Source: Octopus bimaculoides
Taxonomy: Eukaryota
Reading direction: 5' to 3'
NCBI RefSeq assembly: GCF_001194135.2
Contig: NC_068986.1
Coordinates: forward strand, 32,845,070 to 32,888,462
Length of the DNA: 43,393 nucleotides
Shown: positions 1 through 11,343 of the stretch, piece by piece
Position numbering within the stretch: the stretch's first letter is position 1
Layout of the letters: each line of letters opens with the position of its first letter
Program-made: the position numbers and the translations under genes
The notes under the pieces: generated by a model
Told to the model about the DNA's origin: nothing
The model's input: only the letters and a program-made list of their open reading frames with translations
The model's database searches: none

Positions 1-406
1 ATCTATTTTGAACATAATGCAAAATGGTGTATCAACATCTTCTGCCCAATCTGATAGAATTCTGGCAAAACTGTATAGCAACAGATCGCCAGCAATTGCT
101 TCATCAGAAATTGCCGTCCTAGCTCCTGCTAAAAGGGATTACCCTGCTATGTATAATCAGGGCAGCGCAAACAGTTGTTTTGCACAAGCATTTCTATAGC
201 CAATTACACGGATGAAATTTACATATGCTTAATAATTTTACGCAAAACAGCCTTCAGACTTTCCCTATTAATTTCATCGTCTTTTGAATTATGAACATAT
301 TTACATCATAAGGGTTTTTTTCTTTTTTAGTTGATTTTCAGCTAGCAAGACTTTTCGTAGATTGCATAATAAGTCACACCCGGACAAGGTCGGATTATAC
401 TGCTAG
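1..406 (+). mobile_element. Helitron 3' portion (runs off the window start)
   Basis: Canonical Helitron 3' end: imperfect GC hairpin cccggacaaggtcgg (379-393), then CTAG (403-406), then T of a (TA)n tract. Plus-strand ILAKLYSNRSPAIASSEIA (59-115) weakly resembles the LLAK..IA.A.ASSGIAA segment after Walker A of Helitron Pif1 helicases. Confidence 0.6.
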
Positions 407-434
<28 letters not shown>

Positions 435-437
<3 letters not shown>

Positions 438-571
438 GCAGAGGCAACCGGCGTTGCCCGGGAATTAAATTGTTCCCTATATATTTGAAGAAAATGCAAA
501 ATACGTTGTATAGTAATTTGTTATTCTAAATTTAATTTATCTTTCAACTGGGAAATCAATTCTGAATTCAT

Positions 572-620
<49 letters not shown>

Positions 621-1479
621 ATAATAATAAACGATAATAATGAAAAGTGAAAAATTTTATTATATGTACACCGTTGTTCTGGAAGAAGTTTACGTTCATG
701 TTCATTCACAAATGCAGCCAAGTCTGTGATGTCACATTTTGTACGTGTGCGTGTGTGTGTGTGTGTGTGTGGAAGAGAGAGAGAGAGATAGAGAGTAAAT
801 ACCACTTAGACATCATTCTCTCTCTCTCTCTCTCACTCACACGCATACAAAGATACAAAAAAGATGTGCGCATATGTATTTATGTATGCACGTATACATG
901 ACAACACACCCGTTGACTGACTCACTCTCTCTCCCTCTCTCCGTCTCTCTCTCACACACACAAACACACACACATACATAAATGTATACAAACGTACTCA
1001 CAAAAGAACACGTGTGCGTGTGTGACTGACTTTTGTGTGTGAGAGAGAGAGGGGGAGAGAGAACATTGCAAGCAATGAATGAAATTAATATGGAATGAAA
1101 AAATCGTATAAATAAACGCTCTTGTACCAAATATTTTAATTTGTGGACTTAGTAAATATTTCTTTCAGTAATTTATCGTAGTCGTTTGCAAATAGCGAAT
1201 TAAAACTTGAAACATCAAAACAGAGAGTGAGAGGTTTTGCAAATGAAAACGGAAAACTTCGGTATTGCTACGTTAATACCAGAAGTACCTTTTTAAAGAA
1301 GTGAAGTACATATATAAAGCAATATTACTTATTTTTAATTTAAAAAAATAAATAAACTGAAGACCCTATTATGTATCCGAGGTCAAATTATTTATGCATC
1401 CAAGAATGGAAGCTATTCGCGCAGCAGTTTTCCCGCGAAAAGCGAATACACACTCAGTGGTCTATTTTATATAAGATGA
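435..1479 (-). mobile_element. Non-autonomous Helitron, apparently complete (Lep1-like architecture)
   Basis: On the minus strand: 5' A|TC start (tcatcttatataaaatag, from 1479) next to (TA)n; internal GA/CA/GT microsatellites; 3' hairpin cccgggcaacgccgg (462-448) followed by ctgCTAT (degenerate CTAG, 438-435) abutting (TA)n. Confidence 0.72.
650..739 (-). pseudogene. Helitron Rep/helicase remnant
   Basis: KCDITDLAAFVNEHERKLLPEQRCTYNKIF matches the recalled YD...L..FV..NE..L.PEQ...Y..I segment just upstream of Walker A in Helitron Pif1-family helicases; same strand as the enclosing Helitron. Confidence 0.7.
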
Positions 1480-2111
1480 TATATATATATATATATATAT
1501 ANNNNNNNNNNNNNNNNNNNNNNNNNNNNNNNNNNNNNNNNNNNNNNNNNNNNNNNNNNNNNNNNNNNNNNNNNNNNNNNNNNNNNNNNNNNNNNNNNNN
1601 NNNNNNNNNNNNNNNNNNNNNNNNNNNNNNNNNNNNNNNNNNNNNNNNNNNNNNNNNNNNNNNNNNNNNNNNNNNNNNNNNNNNNNNNNNNNNNNNNNNN
1701 NNNNNNNNNNNNNNNNNNNNNNNNNNNNNNNNNNNNNNNNNNNNNNNNNNNNNNNNNNNNNNNNNNNNNNNNNNNNNNNNNNNNNNNNNNNNNNNNNNNN
1801 NNNNNNNNNNNNNNNGTGGCGGACAAAAAAACAAGACAGGAAAACAAACAGAAAAGGCTTTACGGCCAGACGGGAAAAATTATGTGTGTATGAACGCTGT
1901 GAGGCACGAACTTGAAAGTAGGGACGAAGTAAGTTCGCGTGTTTGCTCGGCGATAGCCAAGCAAGAAAAGGATCATTGACCCGAAGCATGTGACCATGCC
2001 GGTGTTAGGGGAAGAGAGAGAGTGGTAGAGGGAGAAACAAAAGGAGGAAGTAGAAGAATAGGTGAGCAACGAGAGGAAAAGAGAAAGAGAGGAAGTACGA
2101 GGGGGGAAAAA

Positions 2112-2232
2112 GAGATACGTAGTAGTAACAGAGGAAGAACGAGAGGTGTAAAGCGAGATACGTAGTAGTAACAGAGGAAGAACGAGAGGGGTAAAGCGAG
2201 ATACGTAGTAGTAAAGAGGAAGAACGAGAGGG
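2112..2232. repeat. 43-bp purine-rich tandem repeat, about 2.8 copies
   Basis: Unit gagatacgtagtagtaacagaggaagaacgagagg(t/g)gtaaagc starts at 2112, 2155 and 2198. Confidence 0.9.
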
Positions 2233-2316
2233 GGGGGGAATGATAGAGGAAGAGAAAGAGAAAGAGATAACGTATATAGTAAAGGGGAAAATGTAGATAT
2301 AGGTACCTTTCTTATA

Positions 2317-2670
2317 ACGTAAGCATTGTCCAAATCTAGTGAGATCAATGTCACGTTGCCTTCAGCGTATTGGTTTTCTGGATCATCTGTCTGAGAATTC
2401 CAGTATGGTCTAGATGTTTGAAGAATCCTGGACTCTCACCTTTCTGGATAGAAGCTTGCATGTATTTGTTTTCAATCATGTACAAGTTCACATTTTTTGT
2501 CAATGCAGGAAAGAGTTTTTACCTTCAATACTTAGGAGCGAGAATACGTTGAATTTGTTGACAGCTCAGGAATTTTCTTCCTTTTTGCACAAAGCAATCT
2601 TCTGCCTTCTTTCCAGCACGATAGAATGGTTCCTTTTTTCAAGATCTCAAGTGATAATAGTGATAAGATT
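2317..2670 (-). pseudogene. Non-LTR retrotransposon reverse transcriptase fragment (R2 superfamily, Hero-like), frameshifted
   Basis: Joining minus frames gives KGTILSCWK..AEDCFVQK..EENS*AVNKFNVFSLLSIEGK / LFPALTKNVNLYMIENKYMQASIQKGESPGFFKHLDHTGILRQMIQKTNTLK / GNVTLISLDLDNAY, collinear with the recalled FRTISLLSVEGK...SVQKGG.PG..GCLEHT...WLDLANAY RT motifs. Confidence 0.85.
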
Positions 2671-3799
2671 TCCTCAAATGGTAATAGAAATAAGACAAAA
2701 GATTTTATATTTATATACGAAATAAACAAGCGTTGAAAGTATGATATATGTAAGCAGTAGAACATTTTTTGATTGGTTTGAGGAATGTTATGGTATTATA
2801 CTGGTCTATGCAGCATTGAACTGTTAGAAATCTTAAAATATCTCAACAAAAATGTTGATTTATGACGACAAGTAGTTTTTCGCTTAGAAGGAGCTGAAAT
2901 ATTATCCCTTATGGGACAATATATCAGCGCTTAGTTTAGCAATATTCTTATTGAAAATCTCAAAATATCAATGCTTTTTTATTCGAAAAATATTTATCTA
3001 ATCAATGAAACGGGGATTGTACGTCAAAATTTTACGTTTACTACTTTTCCGTGTTTGAGAATTGATGTTATTGTTATTTATGCAATTAATCTTATGCTTA
3101 AAACTATTGAGCTTTAACGCTTTGTTATAAGAAGGGTTTGCCTCATTCTAAGATAAAACTTCAGATAAAATATATAATAAATTGGAGTTAATCTTTTCTT
3201 TTACCTGCAATTATTTGATATAGAAGTCACCGAAAATTAGTCCTTTGTAGAGGAAGGAGATAGCTATGAAAGGGTAAAGTTACTTGATACCAAAGTGAGT
3301 GCACTTATGAAGTGGTTTATTGCTTAAGAATTTTAACTAATTATTTACAGAAATGTTGTTCTATAAAATTAAAGTAGTTGATACTTTCATTTTAAGAATT
3401 CTTGTCAACAATAATAAATTCACGTAACTCCCGTTTGCTTGAATTTATAACATACAAGACCTATTCCTAATAGTATTCTGTTTATAGTACTGCAATATAA
3501 TATATGATCTCTGAGAGGTTAAGCATTCGATTCTATCAGCTACGGCAGCATTTTAGAATTAAATATAGACTCGTTAATTTCTTTGTAACTTATATAATGC
3601 TTTTCACACAAAAACCTGTTATAAGTGTTTTATAAAATAGTTTAAACCTTAGATTGAATCCCGCCAAAGCCAAATTTCCCTTTCATTCTTTAGGGCATCG
3701 ATAAAATAACGTACCAAAAAGGGTATTGTGTCGTTGTGATCGATTATCTCTCTTCCCTAAAAATCATGCCTTGTACTTCAATTATAAACAGCATTACGA

Positions 3800-3993
3800 A
3801 AGTGGTGAGATGGCAGTATTGTTAGGAAATAAAGCCAGACTAAATGCTTAGTGGCTTTTCTGAGTTTTAACTTTGCCTTTAGTTTTTTCGACCTCGATAA
3901 TATAAATACCAGTTGAGCACTGCAGTCGATGTAATCGATAGGCCCCCCCTCCTGCAAAATGTCGGGCGTTGTGCCTATAATAAAAAGAATTAT
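3800..3993 (+). mobile_element. Decayed tRNA-derived SINE (family A)
   Basis: Shares aaataccagttgagcactgcagtcgatgtaatcgat...ccccctcc...ttgtgcctata with the reverse complement of the better-preserved copy at 7168-7316. Confidence 0.55.
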
Positions 3994-4360
3994 ACACACT
4001 ACATTTCTTCAAACAATTTTGAATTAGCGTCAATATCCTTTTATCTAATTTTGCAACGATATAAAGAACAATTGCATGTCATGTAATAAAACGTGTCTTA
4101 ATTTACAAAGAATAAACAAAATTTGCACATTGATGTTGTTTCTGTTGATAATGTTTATTTTAATGACAACCATAATCTAGCAAAACAATAATAAAAAATC
4201 CCGTCTATATTTCAAGGACTACATCTTCCACCAACCTTTAATTCATTAAGACGGTAGAGTATAAATCGAGAGAATATGGCGGTTTTTCTTTTTCTGTACG
4301 AGTGAATAAGCAGCTAGAAAGTTTATTCGTAGTGTTATTTTGACAGGCATTCAGAAATTA

Positions 4361-4581
4361 TTAACCCTTTTGTTACCATATCTCTGTTGAAATATGCTAA
4401 CTTTTTTTCAATTAATTCTTAAAATAACGAAGAATAAAGTAAAATAAAATTGCCATTATTAAGCTGGCGTTTGGATCAAATTAACATGAAATTTTGATGG
4501 AAGATTTTAATTTAGATTACTTTAGAACAGGAAGTATGTGTCATAGAACCAAGCGCGGTCTCAGACACAGCGTGATAATTA
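4361..4581. mobile_element. piggyBac-like MITE, right end degraded
   Basis: Begins TTAA-CCCT (ttaacccttttgttacc), the piggyBac target site plus TIR start. No clean matching right TIR; the body resembles an octopus repeat I recall. Confidence 0.4.
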
Positions 4582-4627
4582 GACAAGTTGCTATATCTAT
4601 TTACTTGTTTCATACATCTTGGTGTGT

Positions 4628-4724
4628 GGAGGCGCAATGGCCTAGTGGTTAGGGCAGCGGACTCGCGGTCACGGTATCGCGGTTTCGATTCCCAGACCGG
4701 GCGTTGTGAGTGTTTATTGAGCGA
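4628..4724 (+). mobile_element. SINE family B, tRNA-like head only
   Basis: ggaggcgcaatggcctagtggttagggcagcggactcgcggtcacggtatcgcggtttcgattcccagaccggg with A/B-box-like motifs; near-identical to the heads at 15995 and 30319; similarity stops after about 97 bp. Confidence 0.85.
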
Positions 4725-5275
4725 TAAGAAAATGGAGGGAGTAGGTGGTATTCATCAACTTGCAGACATTGTATAGTGTCAATTCACATGTTTATGTGTT
4801 TACTAAAAGGACAATAATAACAATATACAAACACATGTGACATATCATTTCATATCAGTAATTAAAAAATGACATATAGTGACAGAAAATGGGATAATGT
4901 CTTATAGTTGTTTCAGTCTAGGGTGACATGTCTCATTTTATCTTTATCACTCCAGTAGACTGAAGTAACCAATAGATGAAATAGAGGTACATGGACGATT
5001 CTCTAGGCTTCTTCAGAGATTTTACAAAGTTCATAAAGTTAAGTTAAAAATATAAAAAAACGATAAAAACCCACATATATATGCATACTTTAACATATAC
5101 ATAGATATACATAAATAAACATAAATACATAAATACATATATGTACATTCACACAAATGAACCAATTATTATTGTTATTATACATGAGGAGGAAACATAT
5201 ATACACATACATACATACATACACATATGTATACATAAACATTTCCGTACAGACATGCTCATTGGTACTTACTTG

Positions 5276-5355
<80 letters not shown>

Positions 5356-5594
5356 GAAAATTTGCACAGTTTTCATTTACTAAAATATATTCACCAAGTA
5401 TTGGTCAACCAGAGAATGAGTAATTATGACGTTAGCTTCGCAACTACGTAGTTTACACCTCAATCACCCCACCCCCGCGCTCATACACATATATATATAT
5501 ACATACATACATACATACATACAATAGATATTTACATGAATAAATACACGTTCATACATATATGTCCGTCTTTGAGTGAGCATATTTTGTTTGA

Positions 5595-5762
5595 CACTAC
5601 ACCGCTCATAGTTTGTGCTGGTTTGTTTTGTCCTCGTAAATTAGCAGTTCGACAAAAGGCTCCATAAAGAAAAGAAAAAAAAAGGACCTGACTGAAAAAT
5701 AAAAGACTAAACTCTTGGAGGTGCTACCGCAGAAAGGTCGCAGTCCAGTGACTGAAACGAGT
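5595..5762 (+). mobile_element. Decayed 3' half of SINE family C
   Basis: ggaggtgctaccgcagaaaggtcgcagtccagtgactgaaacgag resembles the family C tail ggcggtgctccagcatggccgcagtcaaatgactgaaacaag. Confidence 0.5.
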
Positions 5763-6430
5763 ATATCAATGTTTTGTAGCATCCCATAAAGAAATTTGTG
5801 GTTGCGTAGGGGCCTTCTCAACCACACAAGCAAATAAATAAGGGTATGTGTCAACCAGATACATTTACAAATTTACTGCATTCATATTCTCTCCTTATAG
5901 TGATACGTTTTATGATGAAATAATATTCTCAAGTTTTAAGGGCAAATGGTCAGATATTATCCGTTAATGGAATGGGTGCTAGATTATTTTTGCTTTTAGT
6001 TTTTTTTGCCCGGATAGTCCGTGAGTTCGAATTACGCTTCAGGCAATGCATAATATTCTTTTATCAAAGGGTTACTTCGTACTATTTTCCTTGGTGTACT
6101 CAGCAGGATATTAAATAACTGACCAGTCTAGGAAATTAAATTAGGAATTTATTATTTTGCCATTCCAACGCAAAATGTCTGTGTCATACGCCCAGCACCA
6201 CAGGAAACCGGAAATAAGCACCAGATTCGCGAATCATCGCTTTAGGGTGGCTGTTCAACGAAAACTGGTTTTCGGTAAAATAAATAGATGAATAAATCAC
6301 GTGATCCTGCTGATCCTTTTAAACAGTCATAATGGCTATGCACTTTTATCGCAGCCTATGCGTCGAGTATATTACATATGTGTGTATGGATGTATTTATG
6401 TGGGAGAGAGTGAGAAGGAGAGAGACAGAG

Positions 6431-6834
6431 AAAGTGAGAGAGAATGTTTGAGAGACAGAGAATGTTTGGGAGAGAGAATGAGAGAGACATACACACACAG
6501 ACAGAGAGAAAGTATGTGTAAGAGAGTAAGACAGAGCATGAGAGAAGAAGAGAGAGAGAGAGAGAAAGTGAGAGAGAATGTTTGAGATACAGAGAATGTT
6601 TGAGAGAGAGAATGAGAGTGACATACACACACAGACAGAGAGAAAGTATGTGTAAGAGAGTAAGACAGAGAATGAGAGAAGAAGAGAGAGAGAGAGAAAG
6701 TGAGAGAGAATGTTTGAGAGACAGAGAATGTTTGAGAGAGAGAATGAGAGAGACATACACACACAGACAGAGAGAAAGTATGTGTAAGAGAGTAAGACAG
6801 AGAATGAGAGAAGAAGAGAGAGAGAGAGAGAAAG
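6431..6834. repeat. About 133-bp tandem repeat built from GA/CA microsatellite modules, 3 copies
   Basis: Anchor aaagtgagagagaatgtttgag at 6431, 6565 and 6697 (aaag again at 6831); periods 134, 132, 134. Confidence 0.9.
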
Positions 6835-7167
6835 GGAAAAGAGAAAGAGAGAAAGAGAGAGAGAGAGAGAAAGAGAAAAAGAGAGAGAAGCAAACTTAGC
6901 TGGATCATTTCTTGAAAAATATGTAGCTTCGAGGTCGATTTCGAGGCGCAGAACCTTCGGCTGAAGCTAGCCTCGGGTTAAACTGTCTTTGAACAGGGGT
7001 CTGCTGCTATAATCTCGGATTGTGAGTGAGGTTTGGTTGCTAAGAACTGTGAAGGAAACGTCCTGTGTATATATATATCAGGTGATCCTTTGATCCTTAT
7101 AGAACAATGGTAATGTTTATGCGCAGTTATCGTAACCTTTGTGACGAGCATATACATATCCTTATGG

Positions 7168-7316
7168 TATGAAACCTTTCTACTATAGGCACAAGGTGGN
7201 NNNNNNNNNGGGGGGGTGAGTCGATTACATCGACGCCAGTGCGGAACCGGTACTTAATGCATCGACCCCGAAAGGATGAAAGGCAAAGTCGACCTCGGCG
7301 GAATTTGAACTCAGAA
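7168..7316 (-). mobile_element. SINE family A, 5'-truncated
   Basis: Minus strand ttctgagttcaaattccgccgaggtcgactttgcctttcatcctttcggggtcgatgcattaagtaccgg...gtcgatgtaatcgactcaccccc; B-box-like gagttcaaattcc. Confidence 0.8.
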
Positions 7317-7519
7317 TATATGCTTTTAAATTCCAGTACTTATTCTACCGGCATCTTTACCGAATCGCTAGGTTACGAGGCTGTAATCAAATCATCATCG
7401 CTTGCCAACTGATGAGACAATAAACCATATACAATGATATACACAAAGATACACATGCACACACATGTGAGCGTGTATATATGTGTGTATGTGTTTACAT
7501 TAGCTCATCAAATCGACGT

Positions 7520-7689
7520 TATCTGAGCAGTTGCAAGGTGTACAAGGCGTCAGATGTCGAAATGATTGTAGACCAAATGTGACATAAGGTGTTTTAATCA
7601 AGAGCACAACGCACCACCCGGTATAGGAATTGAAACCTCCATGTAGCAGTTGTGAATGCCATGCCCAAATCAATAGGCCATGCGTCCTT
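7520..7689 (-). mobile_element. Decayed SINE family D
   Basis: Minus strand gcatggcc...gaggtttcaattcctataccgggtggtgcgttgtgctcttgattaaaacacc, similar to the copy at 15799-15950. Confidence 0.5.
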
Positions 7690-7699
7690 ACGTATACTC

Positions 7700-7944
7700 T
7701 CTCTTCTACTTGTTTCAGTCATTTGACTGCGGCCATGCGGGAGCACCGCCTTTAGTCGAGCAAATCGACCCCAGGACTTAGTCTTTAGAAGCTTAGTACT
7801 TATTCTATCGGTCTCTTTTTGCCGAACCGCTAGGTTACGGGGACGTAAACACGCCAACATCGGTTGTCAAGCGATGGTGGGGGGGACAAACAGAGACACA
7901 CAAACACACATGCATACATACACACACACACACACACACACACA
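7700..7944 (-). mobile_element. SINE family C, 3' half (runs into a gap)
   Basis: cttgtttcagtcatttgactgcggccatg...ttagtcgagcaaatcgaccccaggac...gccgaaccgctaggttacggggacgtaaacac, near-identical to 22190-22560. Confidence 0.85.
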
Positions 7945-8395
7945 NNNNNNNNNNNNNNNNNNNNNNNNNNNNNNNNNNNNNNNNNNNNNNNNNNNNNNNN
8001 NNNNNNNNNNNNNNNNNNNNNNNNNNNNNNNNNNNNNNNNNNNNNNNNNNNNNNNNNNNNNNNNNNNNNNNNNNNNNNNNNNNNNNNNNNNNNNNNNNNN
8101 NNNNNNNNNNNNNNNNNNNNNNNNNNNNNNNNNNNNNNNNNNNNNNNNNNNNNNNNNNNNNNNNNNNNNNNNNNNNNNNNNNNNNNNNNNNNNNNNNNNN
8201 NNNNNNNNNNNNNNNNNNNNNNNNNNNNNNNNNNNNNNNNNNNNNNNNNNNNNNNNNNNNNNNNNNNNNNNNNNNNNNNNNNNNNNNNNNNNNNNNNNNN
8301 NNNNNNNNNNNNNNNNNNNNNNNNNNNNNNNNNNNNNNNNNNNNNNNNNGAGACGAAGAGAGAGAAGGGGTGACACGAGAGACAGACAGACAGAC

Positions 8396-8461
<66 letters not shown>

Positions 8462-9451
8462 GTAGATAGATAGATAAATAGATAGATAGATAGGTAGATA
8501 GATAGATAGATAGATAGACAAAGAGGGCTAGGAAAAGAGAAAGAGAGCGAGAGAGAGAGGGAGGGAGACAACGTGAGAGGTTGAGACAGGTGAGAAGATA
8601 TGTTTTGACTGGAAGACTATAGAAACATGGTAGGGGAGATACACAAATGGAGGCAAATTGATAAATCGAGAGAAATGATGATATTCACCTTGAGCGAACA
8701 TCAAACATTATGGAGGACACAAAATAAGGGAGTAATCAGAATGAATAAAGTGAGATGCCCTACAGCACAACGACACTAATGTGTATATGTGTGTATATAT
8801 ATATAGGAATCTGTGTACGGTATGTGTATGTATATATGCGGGTGTGGGTGTATATATATATGCTTATATATATGTTTATATATATACGTACGTACATATT
8901 TATGTATATATGTATACATATATGAAGAGAGTGAAAGATAGATTGATAGATAGGTAAATAGATAGTGCGATACATAGACATATGTTAAAATACATGTATA
9001 TAAATGTATAAATGTATATATATATATATATATATANNNNNNNNNNNNNNNNNNNNNNNNNNNNNNNNNNNNNNNNNNNNNNNNNNNNNNNNNNNNNNNN
9101 NNNNNNNNNNNNNNNNNNNNNNNNNNNNNNNNNNNNNNNNNNNNNNNNNNNNNNNNNNNNNNNNNNNNNNNNNNNNNNNNNNNNNNNNNNNNNNNNNNNN
9201 NNNNNNNNNNNNNNNNNNNNNNNNNNNNNNNNNNNNNNNNNNNNNNNNNNNNNNNNNNNNNNNNNNNNNNNNNNNNNNNNNNNNNNNNNNNNATATATAT
9301 ATATATATATATACATATATATATGCGTATATATATATATAGATATACATGTGTGTGTATGTGTAATCATATATATATTTATACATATACACATACATAT
9401 ATATATATATATATATAGACGCACACACACGCGTACGTACGCACACAAAAC

Positions 9452-9492
<41 letters not shown>

Positions 9493-9610
9493 GTATATAT
9501 ATATATGTATATAAGCGAATATGTGTGTGTGTATGCATATGTTGCTACTAATGGTTATATCTAAAAATAGCTTGCAAATGAAAATTAGAGGCTTGTGTAC
9601 GCATATGGCT

Positions 9611-9685
<75 letters not shown>

Positions 9686-9914
9686 TGTGCGTGTGTGTTA
9701 GTGTAATTGTCCGAGCGCTACAATGTGTGCGCTTGTGTTTGCGCAAATCGTATTGACAAGTTCAATGGGAAACCTAACAACAATGAGCGCTCGAGGCTAA
9801 TAACATGTATATAAATATTACATACATATATGTGTGCGTAGGTGCGTGAATACTTGCGCGCGCGCGTTTGTGTATGTGTGTGTTTGAGAATGTCTGTCTC
9901 TCGATGTACGTATG

Positions 9915-9948
<34 letters not shown>

Positions 9949-10307
9949 TGTATGAATAAATGTATATTTTGCATATCCAAAAATAGGGACATTTCTCTGT
10001 ATGAATGTCTGCAAAGAACAGGTTTCGAAGCGACAATGTTCCAGAATTAATTCTTACCTCAAATAACCATAATTCAAAGGCTCCTTTCTACTGTAATGGT
10101 TCTCCCCTTGCAGGCATTCTTCTCGTCTTTCTTCTATTCTTGCCTAACTTTTATTCATTATTTATATTTATTTAAATTTTCTTCTTTCTTCAGCATTTAT
10201 CGATGTCTCTCAATGTCTGTGTGTCTGAAAGTCTCCAAAATATCACTGCCAAAATATCGCTATTTCTAACATTCCATTTCTCCCTCTTTATAAATGTATA
10301 TATGTGC

Positions 10308-10351
<44 letters not shown>

Positions 10352-10353
<2 letters not shown>

Positions 10354-10445
10354 TGAAGTTTGCTCTACGACCAATTAGTTCCAGGTTCAGTCCCACTGCA
10401 TAGCACCTAGTTCAGGTGTCTTCTACTATAGCCTCAGGCCGAACA
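10352..10445 (+). mobile_element. SINE family C head/core fragment
   Basis: ccaggttcagtcccactgcatagcacctagttcaggtgtcttctactatagcctcaggccga is the reverse complement of the head region of 22190-22560. Confidence 0.65.
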
Positions 10446-10514
10446 CCCGTCGTAGAGATACACGTGTGTGATTAAACGGGTAAAGACCGTTGTTTTGCTG
10501 TAGATGGCAAAATT

Positions 10515-10887
10515 GGAGGCGCAATGGCGCAGTGGTTAGGGAAGCGGACTTGCGGTCGACTCCCAGACCGGGCGTTGTGAGTGCATACTAAGCGAAAACA
10601 CCTAAAGATCCGCAAGGCTCCGGCAGGGGATGGTGGTGAACCCTGCTGTACTCTTTCACCACAACTTTCTCTCACTCTTACTGCCTGTTTCTGTTGTGCC
10701 TGTAATTCAAAGGGTCAGCCTTGTCACACTCTGTGTCACGCTGAATATACCCGAGAACTACGTTAAGGGTACACGTGTCTGTGGAGTGCTCAGCCACTTG
10801 CACGTTAATTTCACGAGCAGGCTGTTCCATTGATTGAATCATCTGGAACCCTCGTCGTCGTAACCGACGGAGTGCCAACTAGCAAAC
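10515..10887 (+). mobile_element. SINE family B, near full length, with target-site duplication
   Basis: Aligns end to end with 15995-16376 and 30319-30702; 11-bp direct repeat agatggcaaaa at 10502-10512 and 10888-10898. Confidence 0.9.
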
Positions 10888-10984
10888 AGATGGCAAAAAG
10901 AAAGGAAGAAATTAAGTCAAGTCAACAATGGTTGTTCTAAATGTACCAATGGCTAAATGTGTCTCAATTGTCCAGTTAGTTTCT

Positions 10985-11216
10985 ATCTTTTATCTTTTAC
11001 TTGCTTCAGTCATTTGACTGTGGTCATGCTGGGGCACCGCCTTGAAAAGCTGTTAGTCGAGCAAATCGACCCCTGGTCTTAAGGTTTTTCTTAAGCCTTG
11101 TAGTTATTCTATCGTAATCTTTGAACGAACCGCTACGTTGCGGAGACGTAAACACACTAACAACGGTTGTGAAATAGTGGTACGAGAGAAACACAGACAC
11201 AAAGACATTCACGCAC
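10985..11216 (-). mobile_element. SINE family C, 3' half
   Basis: cttgcttcagtcatttgactgtggtcatgctggggcaccgcc...tagtcgagcaaatcgacccc...gaaccgctacgttgcggagacgtaaacac. Confidence 0.8.
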
Positions 11217-11254
<38 letters not shown>

Positions 11255-11343
11255 ATATATACAATTTCAGCGTGGAAGGTGTTTATAAACAATTTTAAAT
11301 AACACACAAAATCTGTTAGATTCACTTCAACATTTAAATTTAA

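Noticed and set aside
93-110. CTGATGA (minus strand) followed by the palindrome agcaattgct
   Set aside because: No GAAA or stem III; it lies within the Helitron remnant.
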